From positions 26,349,504 through 26,413,503 of the forward strand of contig OZ037765.1 of the NCBI GenBank assembly GCA_964035545.1: DNA of 64,000 nucleotides, given 5' to 3'. Shown here piece by piece: positions 52,090-64,000 of this stretch. Source of the stretch: Bugula neritina. Taxonomy: Eukaryota; Animalia; Bryozoa. Position 1 is the first letter of the stretch. Every line of letters begins with the position of its first letter. The translations under genes and the position numbers were made by a program. The notes beneath the pieces were generated by a model. That model did no database searches. It had not been told where the DNA came from and was given only the letters and a program-made list of their open reading frames with translations.

Positions 52090-55000
52090 ATGGCCTACCC
52101 CACAGTCTCTGGTTTTTCTGTGAAAGATATTAGATTTCCTACGTCTCTAGAAGCTCATGGCTCAGATGCAATGGTTAGTAGTATTCCTTATTAACATTTC
52201 ATCTCAAGAATAAATCAAATCATTTGAAACTGTTGGATTTTAAGCCATTTTAAGTTTAAATTTAACTTGAATTTTTATTATTACTATTGAGCTCAACAAA
52301 AATTAGTAGACTATACATTTAAAATTCTTTATATATACCTACTATACTAATACTAATCAACTATTATAGCCTACCATAGGTGGTACGTAGAATAGATGTA
52401 TATTATGTGTTTATTAAAAAGAAAGCCTTACAATAATTAGGGTCCGTGTGCTACAATATCGTTGATTTATTACATTATGTAAGGCATTACATAATGCAAT
52501 AAATCAACCATATTGTAGCACACCGACCCTGATTATTCCTGTGCCTACGTCATTGTACACACTTCAGACGACAACCTCTCTGGACATGGTCTTACTTTCA
52601 CCACAGGAAATGGCACTCAGATAGGTATGTTTCATTCAAATAAGTTTAACTGAAATTATTACAATTCTTATAAATGTTCTATTCACATTTCTGCCACTCC
52701 TTATAGTGGTTGCTGCAATCAATGGACTGCTTCGAGTTGTTAGAGAGCTGTCATGGGATTTAGAAACTATATTTAGTAACTTTGGAGAGTTTTGGAGAAA
52801 GCTGACCAGCGATAGTCAAATGAGATGGGTATGGTTCTAGCTTTTCTAACACTGCTTTGTGCAGTGTTTTTATCATAATATGCCATTAATCTCATTTAAA
52901 CCCACAGAAAGAACACTTTCGAATTCTTGTAACATAAAATTCAGTTTTCTGACTCTTGTATCTACAGCTAGGTTGCATATTTAGTGATTAACATGTATAG
53001 CAAACTCTTCAGCTATATATAAAAAGCTAAGCCGATTTTAACTTTTAGAATGTTTATATTTATCTCTTAAAATGGGTTTTGGTTCATATTAAACTATTTC
53101 TGCATGTAGATGATGTATAATATATGCATGGTAATAATATTGATATACTTTGTTGCTTGCCTATAGCTTGGACCAGAAAAAGGTGTGATGCATTTAGCTA
53201 CAGGAGCATTGGTGAATGCATACTGGGATCTTTGGGCAAAAATAGAAAAGAAGCCTTTGTGGAAACTATTAGTTGACATGGTAATTACTGCTCAGATAAT
53301 TCATTATTTGTTTAAACTTTCAATGGCTCCCAGGGTTGTATTATATATATTAGATAGGTATATTATTATTATGGTAAATACTCATAAGTTACTGCAAATA
53401 AGAACAGATATTTATTTATACTCAACATCTCTGCAATCTGCATCTGCTGTTTTGCTAGTCTCTCCAATATTTGTTTTAAAAAGTGTGCAAGTTAACTTTT
53501 TGAGGAAATTATTTTGAAAGTGTTCTGATTGGACATGTTTGAGGTTAAAAAAACTGGAAATACTAAATTTTTAACTGAATTCTTCAAAATATACATTTTA
53601 GCTAGTTTGCCTGCATTTGTAATACTTAAGTCAGTTATAGACTTGTAATCTGTTTTGCAATAAAAATTGTTCATCTGTTGATGGAGAAATTTGAAAAATT
53701 GGTGTTTGATAAACCAAAAATATTGCCAAAATAGAAAAATACAGTTGAAGAACTTGGGCTATTGAAATGTCTCCGTTACTGTATCTAAATGATTAAGGGG
53801 AAACCTAAAGCAGGGCAAACATTCCTATTTACCAATTATCTTTGACTTGCAAGTTGCAAATTCTCAATTTCTCCTTTATTATTCTACTTGAACTTTTTTA
53901 CACGTAGTTTCTGTTGGTAAATCTTTAGTTACAAACAGCATGCAATTTTAGGTCTCAATATAAATTTTGATATAAATAATAAACAATGAGCTCCTATCAT
54001 AGCTACATACATGTATTATAGATCTACTCACTGTTGTAGAGCCCTGAGCAGCTGGTAAGCACTATAGACTGGAGGTACATGTCTGACGCACTAACCAAGG
54101 AAGAGGCTGTAGGTAGGCATCCCATATATTAAGTTTGCTGAAACAGGTTTCACACATTCTACGCTTCTGTGCGTGGGGATCTAGTGACATAGTCTAATGA
54201 AGTCTTCAACACAATTGGTTGAAATAGTTACCAAGTAATATACAGCAAGCCTCTTTTTGCTTAAAGTGTACATTATAAAGAAAAACAGAAAAGTCACATT
54301 GATACGTATGGAGGAACAACACAGAGTTCTTTGTGACATCTGTGTTTGTGTCACATGTGGATGCCCTAAGGTGGCTGCAGGTACTCCTTGTATTGACTTG
54401 CTGGTCCCATACAAGATGTACATTACTAATAGCAGTGCAAGTAGAGTAGGTTATCATGTTAAGTTTTTAATATGCAATTATCACATCTAGACCATGTTGA
54501 AAACATTTATTATATCAAGCTAAAACTTATATTATAAGCTCCAAGATTAGAAACATTTTTATAAGCTTTTCATTCATCAACTAAAATGATAGCTCATTAA
54601 ATAATTGAGGTGCATAATATATAACCCACTATAAAAAAAATAGCAAAGTGAGAAACAAATATAGTGTCTAGTTGGCAAGTCCGCAGCAACTCATGGCTGT
54701 TATATGCCACATATGGTATATAGATGATAATGATCCACTCATAAAATGTTGCGGCAAATGCTTTTAGAAATGCTCAAGAAAAGGAAACCATTTAAAGAGC
54801 AAAGAATTGAAGATTTGAAGCAAAAAGGTTATCCTGTGTATATCACTTCAGCTGGGTGGCTGGGCTATTCTGATGAGAAAGTTCGAGAGGTAGTAACTAT
54901 TTAAAAAAAACCCAATGCTTTATTCATCTCATGAAGATAAGAGGAAATTAAAGCATACGTTTAAAAAACACTTAGAAGTATACATCTAGTATTAATTGAA

Positions 55001-56975
55001 TGTTAAACCAAAGCTAGTCTCCATTTCTTGTCAGCATACCTACTCAAGTTATTCTACGTATAGGATGTAACAAATGTAGGCTCTGCACTTGAAAGTTTGT
55101 TTTTAAATTACTGCTATAGCTTTGCCAAGAAGCATTGAGCAAAGGATTTACCAGGTTCAAGGCAAAGGTAGGTAAAGGTGTCGAAGAAGACCTGCACAGG
55201 CTTAAAGTTATCCGTGAAGAAATTGGGCCTGAAAGAATTTTGGTGAGTAATATAAGAATTGTAGTGAAGGAGCTGTTACAGCCCTTGGTTAAAAGAGCAT
55301 GACCACAGCTAGGTTATTAGTGATGTCAGAAAAGGCATCCTGTGCTGCTGTGAAAGTCCTAGAGTCATGTTTTTCCACATGGCTCTACGAAAAGGCCAAT
55401 CTGCTCAAAAATCTATATAATATTGTGACTAAAGCCATATCATGTGAATTGGTATTTATATGGCACATGCCATTGCCATTTTCTGATATATATGATATAT
55501 TCAAGCCTATAAGCTGTAGAATTTCAACATCTAGTTTGTTCAGCTGATTTGCAGATGACTGATGCTAACCAAGTGTGGGACGTTGAGGAGGCTGTAGAGT
55601 GGATGAAGAAATTAGCAGAAGTTAAACCTCTTTGGATAGAAGAACCTACAAGTCCTGATGATATTATGGGTCATGCCTACATATCTGAAGTATGTAAGCC
55701 TATAATAACAATGTTTTTGTAACAGTAAGCTTTTTTGTTAAAGGCGGTAGGAATCCAGGCTATTTATTACATTGAATAAGTTAAAAACACATAGCTGAGC
55801 TAAACTATCGGCTTTTTATATAATTTATTATACAAGAACACTAAAAAAATGCATCTGAATGTTAGCATTTTAGCAACTTTAGACATGCCCGGACTTGCCC
55901 GCTACTGCAGCTTGGTGACGTTTAACGTTTCAGGAATGTACTTTTCTTACATTTAGCAATTGAAGCCCTATGGCATTGGAGTGGCCACAGGTGAAATGTG
56001 TCAAAACCGAGTGATGTTCAAACAGTTTCTTAAGAGTGGAGGCATGCAGTTCTGTCAGATTGACAGCTGCCGATTGGGAGGAGTCAATGAGAACATTGCT
56101 GTCATGCTTATGGCTGAAAAGCTTAATAGTAAGTAAAAACCCATGACTCACTAGAAAGTGTTAGTCTCTATCAAAGATACAAGGTTTTTTTAAAAAGTAT
56201 ATATATACATACATTATATACTATTTTTTGACTAAAACACGAGATGGAAAAATGTTTATAATTATATACAATTCTTGGTAATCCTAAAATAAGATGCGAT
56301 TTTATAAACCAACTAATTGAAAGCTTTTCTTCTGACTTTTACAGTCCCTGTATGTCCACATGCTGGTGGAGTTGGTCTATGTGAAATGGTGATGCACTTG
56401 TCAATGTTTTATTACTGTTCCATCACAGATTCAATGGAGAACAGGTTTGAAACTCTGTACTAGGCATAAACTGTGAACCAGTCACTAGTCTTTTATCAAA
56501 AGTCACCTGATCTAATAGCCCGTCTTAAATATTATATAATAACTAGGTTATAGTAGTTGTAACGTATAATTTTGTTAAAAATTTTGCTATAAACGGAACA
56601 AAGATGGAGAGCTTACAAACTTCGAATATTTTCACATTATTAAATTTTTCATTATATTTTAAATTTGGTAGATTTACAGAATTTGCTGATCATCTCCATG
56701 AGCAGTTCGTGGATCCTGTGGTTGTTAAGGATGGCCATTACCAACTCCCAACAGTATGTTTCTGTGAAATTACAAGAATTATACAATTTATTCTATATTA
56801 AAAATTGTCACATGTATAGTGACTCATGAATTTGAAAGGCACAAACGAATTTTTTGTATAGGTACCTGGTTACAGCACTGAAATGACTGAAAAAGCTATT
56901 GAGCAGTGGGAATACCCAACTGGCAGTGAGTGGCAGAAGCTGTTTGCTGCTGGGACATTCAAGCAAGAGTATTAA
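52090..56975 (+). CDS. ENOSF1: Enolase superfamily member 1 (L-fuconate dehydratase / rTS), 12 coding exons
   Basis: Exon 52090-52173 [28 protein letters not shown], exon from 52519 [11 protein letters not shown], then [48 protein letters not shown] (KxK), [46 protein letters not shown]. Stop at 56973-56975. Confidence 0.97.
52432..52537. repeat. 51-bp-arm inverted repeat spanning the ENOSF1 exon-2 acceptor
   Basis: Left arm 52432-52482, loop GGCA, right arm 52487-52537; 47/51 Watson-Crick pairs plus one G-U. Confidence 0.95.
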
Positions 56976-57441
56976 AAACATCATTCACTGGCTCCATTTT
57001 ATGACAGAATAGCTAAACAAAGCTGTCACTAGCATAGCTTCCAAAATAGAAGATTTATTGACTCTCACTCTCATGGGATGTCAGTATATATTAAAACATC
57101 ACTAGGTTTAATCTAACAAACTTCAACACAATGTATTGGCTACATTTTTTAAAAAAATATCGTCATGTAGTTTTAGTTGGTGGTGGTTGGCTATTGATCG
57201 ACAAAACAATCCTCATTATTTTTTAACATAAAATAAAAACCATTTATCTATCAACTGTTATTATTACTTTGTTAATACCAGTTATAAAACTGAAATAAAA
57301 GATAAAGCAATGAATTCTCACATTGATTCATGTATCATTATAATTACTGTTTGACACCAATGGACATAATATATCATCCTAAAATTTGCACAAAATTTCT
57401 GTTATACATGTAATAAATAAATAGTCTACTGAGGAGATTTG

Positions 57442-60400
57442 TCATCCAGTTGTATAGAACAAATCTGTGGAGTCGTCCATATTGCCAGACAAGCGCCCTA
57501 GTACAGCTGTATCCGTATCAGAGTACATCTCAGATGAACACTCCTCAGCCTACAAAGGTCAACCATACATCAGACTAATTTCTATCCGATACAGATTGAC
57601 ATTGTCAATGAGTTTCCATGACTGCATAAAATGCGAAGTAACTATTTCTATTAAGGATGGAAACGCAGTGTACGGAAGCTACTAAATTTTCGATATACTA
57701 TTTTTCAAACCTCCCTTCCCATAGCATGCTGCTCGGTCAAGAAAAGAAGTGAAAATATTGTCAAATAAGAAAATCAAGTTGGTGCAATAAAATATTATTC
57801 AACTACATTAAGTCAACTATGAAAAGGAGTTTTTGATGAGGTTAGAATTTGGCTTCAATTATAATACTGTCTGCGGCAATGATTACTTATCTATTGCTCA
57901 CTATACTATGTCTTGCATACATATCCATCCATTGAAAGTTTCAACAGTCATTTTATTCAACTGGGCCAAAAGAAATTTAAGGATCTTACAAGAGAAGTGG
58001 CAACCTTTACCTAGCAAGCATCTCCAGGTATAGAGTCAAGCAGTTGCTACCATTTTAAACCCAAACGTTTCTAAAACCAGAACCAACTTAGTGCCTGTCT
58101 GGTACAGTAACCCACCTGGCCGGTAGATGACAGCCACTCCACCAGATGGGATGACATAGAGGACACAGAAATCGGCACATCGGAAACTTTGGTAAGAGAG
58201 GCTGATGAGACAGGAAGTGTAAGCACATTGTCAACAATTGCCTTCTGGGTGGAAACTTCAACCATTTGTAAATTGTGATCGGCTGTAACACGTTTAGCAG
58301 TGGTTGGCAGCTGCTGTGTCCGTATTGATGACGAGACAGGAATATTGTCTAAAACAGAGAATAATCATTGAGAAATTATGTGCATTCAGTGTTTAGACAA
58401 GAACCGGTGTAGTTATTGAATGTATGTTTACAGAACATTATAGGCTGGCACACAATTCTTGAATGACTTTCAACAAGCTATTTTCAATTACATACAGATC
58501 AACCTACTATTATTAAAAGCTGAACAGTCTACACAAATGAATCTAGTCCAAAGTCCACAAATAAAACTTCACCCCAAAATAACTACAATCTAATAGACCC
58601 AATCATAAAACACTCCTGATCTAGGAACCCTCATCCACTCAGTAGATATTCAGATGTACAGATCTAGGGTAGAACTACCTAGCACAGGTGACTTGTACCT
58701 TGTGTGAGCATTTGCATGGCGTCTGCCTCTTTGAGAGTTTGCTGTCTGGCCCTAGATCTGGCACACAGGTTCTCATTGACTAGGAGATCAGTTCTAGCAC
58801 ATCCGTGCCCTGTTCTGGGTTTCTCTGGTATTGAAGGTTTAGACACTACAACAAAATAGTTCAAAGAATTGGAGAGTTGAAGAAAACTAAAAACTCTAGG
58901 AACTAGAATCTAGATAGTCAAGTTGACTTCACTAAAATTTTGGCTTACTGTGCATGTTCTATGTCTTTCTTGTTGCATTTTCTTAAACCTAGAAAGACTG
59001 ATACATTAAGAAGGCTCTGCCTATCTAAGTTTAATTTAGAACAGAGAAATTATGGTGAGTCATCTTACCCTAGTAATTTATTGCACAATGTTACCTTCAG
59101 CCATATTTCTTATTGTAAATGCAGGATTGTTTTGTGTGGTTTTCATAATGTCTACATAATTACACACAGCAGGTGATGCAACTTAACTTTCATTATTTAC
59201 CTTTTATGGTTTGACCAGACATAATTTCTTCAGGCAATATCAGTTTCACCTTCTTACCAGCCACCTCCGTGTTGATGACTACAAGCAGCACAATACTCAG
59301 TGTCAAACTTAGACTCATATCCTGAGTCAAACCCCCCTTTAAGAAAACCTACTTTCAAATGACAATGGAATCTCTGAACAGCAATTCAGCTGCACAAAGG
59401 CTATGTTTTGGCCAGCTGAGAGTTTGTAATCTTAAAATAAGTTTTTATGCTCTTGAAGTAAATGGGATTGCTGTGAGCCTGAGATTCTGACTACTTATTA
59501 GGAACCTAAGCCAGATAAAAAAATCTCCATTTGTAGTGTAAAAACTAGACATGTTTGAAATGACGCATAATTGTACACTTCTATCAACAAGCAAACACCA
59601 AGATAAAAAGTAGTAGAGCAATATAGGAAGCTAAAGATATGTCCAATCCTTCTAAACAAGTTATATGTTTATTTTCAACATGAAGTAACAGTCCACGATC
59701 ATAATTAACTACCTATATTAAACTAAAACAAAATTTTCCTAGATACTTTAGCAGAATTGTGAAATCAATAGTGCACTTTCATTACCTCTCCTAATCAGAA
59801 ATTATATAAACTTATATATGAACATGTTAATAACCGACTGGCTTTAACCGAAACAAATTTTAAGCAGCTAAATACCAATAAAATCTGGCAGGTGAAAATA
59901 CACAAAGTAAAGCGGGAATGCAATAATTATTTCATAGATCTGATTATAAAATTCATCTACATTTAGTGCTTGAAATGACAAAAGAAGTTGCCTTTTCTTG
60001 ACTGTTTCCATTGCTTTCTTAGCAACAACAGCAAGCACAGCACATCTCCCAGCCCGCACTTACCTGTATCAGCATCTTCCTGCTGCTCCTGATTAAGTAA
60101 CTCCAAGTTCCAATCCATATTTATATCATTAGTATGAGCCACAGCTCTAGTGGCTATTAGTGTTTCATTTCTATCTGCTTCTTCTAGAAAATCAGTACCA
60201 TTGGTTAGCTAATTGTAATGAATATGAATACACTGACACATATGGAGACACTGACAGATATGAATACACTGACACATATGAATACACTGACACATATGAA
60301 TACACTGACAGATATGAATACACTGACACATATGAATACACTGACACATACGAATACACTGATACATATGAATACACTGACACATACGAATACACTGACA

Positions 60401-63400
60401 CATACGAATACACTGACACATATAAATACACTGACACATACGAATACACTGATACATACGAATACACTGACACATACGAATACACTGATACATACGAATA
60501 CACTGACACATACGAATACACTGACACATATGAATACACTGACACATATGAATACACTGACACATATGAATACACTGACACATACGGATACACTGACACA
60601 TATGGAGACATTGACACATATGAATACACTGACACATACGAATACACTGACACATACGAATACACTGACACATATGAATACACTGACACATATGAATACA
60701 CTGACACATATGGAGACACTGACACATATGAATACACTGACACATATGAATACACTGACACATATGAATACACTGACACATATGAATACACTGACACATA
60801 TGAATACACTGACACATATGAATACACTGACACATATGAATACACTGATACATATGAATACACTGACACATATGGAGACACTGACACATATGAATACACT
60901 GACACATATGAATACACTGACACATATGAATACACTGACACATATGAATACACTGACACATATGAATACACTGACACATATGAATACACTGATACATATG
61001 AATACACTGATACATATCGATACACCAGCAAATATTAATACCTTCTGATTAAATCATATTATGTATAACACAGCACGTAGCTACTAATATATATCTCCCA
61101 GACTCCTACTACTAGAACTGTTTACAGTTTTAGAAAACTTGATATTCACCAAATCAGCAAATTAAAAAGATATGCACATCAGAAAAACAAGTCCAATGGT
61201 ATACGTAGGACAGTAGGCATTTAAATGCGTTGAGTTGGGCTAAACACCACCTTGGGCTACTACTTTGTCAGCTTATACCGCAGAATATATTTTCACAGTA
61301 CATACAGCATCAAGTGGACCAAAAACAGCAAATCTTGAGCTCTCTAATGGCACAAAAAGTGATCTATAAAGCCTTTAATCTTCAGAAATATTGTTTCTAC
61401 ACCTGACCTTTATTTAAGGGTGTTGATATCTTTTGTTTATCATCAATGTAATGAATGTTCTAGTTTTTGGTCCATCACTCAAAATGTATTTACAATAACA
61501 CTTTCTGATTTATAAATGTCGACCAGTTTTAACATGAAATTAGTTCAACCAATGAATTTGACAAAATCAAGAAATTAATAGATGAACATTTACCTGTAGA
61601 CAGTGTTAGTGAACCTTCCTCCAGTTCTACAACAAACATATACACGTTTCTATGAACTTATTTTTACATAACTGAAGAGTTTGGGATTATTTAAATGTAC
61701 ATGAATACACGAGCATTAGCAGAATAAGTCACGTTTTGAATGATGTAAGATTAGAGCAAAATCTGTTCATAGCATTTTGCTCCCATGCATTGCAGACAAT
61801 ATTTGTATATTACATAAAGAATCGTGTAGGTTAAAACAAGCAAATCGAGTTTTAGAATTTTTTGCCAAAACATATTTTAAGCATTGAGTACCATTTAACG
61901 AAAACAAACATCCATCTCAACAATCGTTATTCAACGCAAATGCAAATCTTCCACTTCTGATCATTCTTACAAGGTTTTAACTTTTGATATAATTTTCTGG
62001 ACAAGTTGGATGAGTTTGCACTTTGCACACTGCGTTGATATCACAAGGTAACACAACATCCAGGTGTTTGGATATGAGGTTGGCAATGAGCACATTCTAT
62101 GTAGCTTTCCACACCCCAAGCTGTTAAAAACAGATAAAAACTTCACCTTTAGTGTACTGAGCTTCTACAATTTTAGGATGATGAGCTTGTACGTGCTTGA
62201 TGAGCCAGGAGTTGGTGGAGAAAGTGAGCTGGCAGTGAGGGTCTGGACAGAGGAGTACGGCTCGACTGTCCTTGACAGCGTGCCTCTTGAGATGAGCAGT
62301 CAGCGCTGCCTTGCTCGAACAGGAGTGCAGGCAGTCTAACAGCAATATAAACAGCTTAATAGAACATATAATAGCATACGTCATTCTTTTAAAAACACTC
62401 AACATTCACACCCATTAGCTCGAAGCTTCCTTTGCCTATCATAAAGTGCACACTTTTCCATCTATTAATTAGTAAACTCAAACTTGAACATTTAAAACCG
62501 CAAATCCGTTACATGAGCTGCATGAACCTGGGTAACTGCAGCGATACAACTTGCTTTCGGAATGTGAGATGTAGTGGTTCTTCAGATGGTCAAGACGGTG
62601 AAAAGACTTTGGACAGAGAGGACACTGAAGTGACTTCTCATTGGAGTGTATCTTCATGTGTCTGCGCAGCACCGATGAGTTTCCGAATGAGGCACGACAG
62701 CCTTGGAAGGTGCATTTGAAAGGTGCGTCTCCTGGAGTCAGAAAGAGTGGACACTATCTCAACCTTACAGCTATACATGCCAGCAGTATTCTAGACTTTA
62801 CCTAATGTTCAACACATGAATATACTGTACATAGTTGCTCTTATTTGTTCGCCCTGAAGAGTGAAGAATATTGTGATTATCATTTGGAGCAGAGCAGAAC
62901 ACACCCCAGTAAATAGCGACGCTGTGACATACCAGTGTGCTGCCGCATGTGATTGTCAAATCTACTCTTCCATGTGAAGACTTTTCCACAGTCTGTATAC
63001 GGACAAACGAGATTCAGCTCCTTACGTTTCTTGTGCCCCTCAATGTGCCTCATGAGACTCATCCTTGAATGATAAGCTGCCGTGCAGTCTTCTTCCTGAC
63101 ATCTACGTGATAGCAGCGCATAAGAAATGATACTTGGAATATAAGTAATACTTGGTATATAAGTAATACTTGGAATATAAGTAATACTTGGAATATAAGT
63201 AATACTTGGTATATAAGTAATACTTGGAATATAAGTAATACTTGGTATATATGATTCCAGGGAACACTCACATGAAGGTTTTAGGTTGTTCGGGATGCTT
63301 TTCACCAATGTGTTTATGTAGTTTACTTTCACTAGTGAATTTACGGTCACACAACTTGCATTTGAACAGGTTAGGAGACTCATGGGCACTGGCTTTATGG

Positions 63401-63919
63401 GTACGGAGGTTCCAGATTGACGTGTAGCGTTTGTCGCATTCGTCACACTACAGGGTGATAAATACACTTCCTTATATAACATATAGACCATAACACAATA
63501 TCATAATAGATATCCAAATCCTGTCTGTTGACAATAACCACTAAATAGATGAAATAACTCGCATATATAACATACGTATTATAATAAATTATGATAAAGT
63601 ACAAAGAACTAAAATATAAATATATAAATTATATATAAATTAAATGATGACAATAACCACAACAGAAGTTGCAGGAAATATGAAGACTAATTGAATATAA
63701 GCATAGGCTGCATACTATGTGCTCTTTGATCTTAAGGTGCGTCTTTTCATGATAACGAAGTCGATAGGCGTCAGAGAATGCCCAGTTACAATTCTCGTGG
63801 CTGCACTTATGAGGTTTCTCTAGCGAGTGTTTCATCATATCGTGAATCCTGAGCTTGTAGTATCTCTCAAATGTCTTGTCACAGTGGAGACATTTATACC
63901 TGGCTGAACCGTCGTTCAC
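57442..63919 (-). CDS. C2H2 zinc-finger transcription factor, ZXD family (ZXDA/B/C-like), 5'-incomplete
   Basis: Ten C2H2 fingers over exons 63919-63716, 63447-63272, 63102-~62932, ~62731-62529, ~62335-62147. They match the human ZXD finger order as recalled (CNWAFSDAYRLRYH ~ CGWTFTTSYKLKRH; YTSIWNLRTH ~ FTTVYNLKAH; SFHRLDHLKNHYISH ~ SFTRAEHLKGHSITH). Downstream small exons at ~61600, ~60100, ~59250, ~58770 (GCARTD, cf. ZXDC GSARTDY), ~58230; last exon ends DLFYTTG* at 57442. Confidence 0.85.
60222..61025. repeat. 18-bp minisatellite, ~45 copies, in an intron of the ZXD-like gene
   Basis: TATGAATACACTGACACA units with TACGAA, TATGGAGAC and CTGATACA variants. This array generates the repetitive YEYTDT/MNTLTH/YVSVYS/MCQCIH ORFs. 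Confidence 0.97.
63131..63251. repeat. 18-bp minisatellite, ~6.7 copies, filling most of a 169-nt intron (63103-63271)
   Basis: TACTTGG(A/T)ATATAAGTAA tandem units. Confidence 0.95.
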
Positions 63920-64000
63920 CTGCAGTCAGTAATACTCAGTGTTTAACCACCTCATCACAGCTTATTAGCATGGAACCAATGATAATGAATTTACAAATTA

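Noticed and set aside
55880-55910. CTTTAGACATGCCCGGACTTGCCCG resembling a Helitron/DINE-type terminus
   Set aside because: Too short, with no matching second end or body identifiable.
36598-56975. UROD and ENOSF1 as possible horizontally acquired or operon-like metabolic genes
   Set aside because: Both are standard animal genes with many spliceosomal introns and unrelated functions; the clustering looks like an ordinary compact housekeeping neighbourhood.
60160-61048. Four 268-292 aa repetitive ORFs (YEYTDT, MNTLTH, YVSVYS, MCQCIH) that look like a biomineral, adhesive or metal-binding repeat protein
   Set aside because: They are translations of an 18-bp intronic minisatellite open in several frames on both strands. 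There is no convincing start, signal peptide or splice connection. It is also not CRISPR-like, as there are no unique spacers.
62880-63491. 203-aa ORF with SITYIP repeats
   Set aside because: A chimera of an out-of-frame exon, a minisatellite intron and one true zinc-finger exon; the spliced model explains it.

Overview
AT-rich, intron-containing animal genomic DNA, probably from an invertebrate (possibly a lophotrochozoan; the taxon is not determinable from this window). It holds ten protein-coding genes that I reconstructed by hand from splice sites and reading-frame continuity. Five are on the + strand: the 3' part of a membrane-anchored CLCA metalloprotease/VWA gene, an uncharacterised gene, an ankyrin-repeat gene, a second uncharacterised gene, and a two-TM cysteine-loop protein resembling BK-beta/TipE auxiliary subunits. 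These are followed by an alternating housekeeping block: SF3A1(-), UROD(+), TM9SF4(-), ENOSF1(+) and a ZXD-family 10-finger C2H2 gene(-). Non-coding content includes a Buster-type hAT deletion derivative with intact TIRs and TSD, three decayed copies of one tRNA-derived SINE, and several intronic minisatellites. The most notable observations are: a 51-bp foldback hairpin burying the ENOSF1 exon-2 splice acceptor; a U12-type intron in SF3A1; a 22-bp motif and a 3/6-periodic low-complexity sequence shared by both divergent promoter regions; a minisatellite supplying in-frame cryptic acceptors between two zinc fingers; and tandem WIN-like motifs in the ZXD-like protein. I found no rRNA, tRNA gene, CRISPR array or prokaryote-type system. 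All family assignments come from recalled motifs, not database searches.
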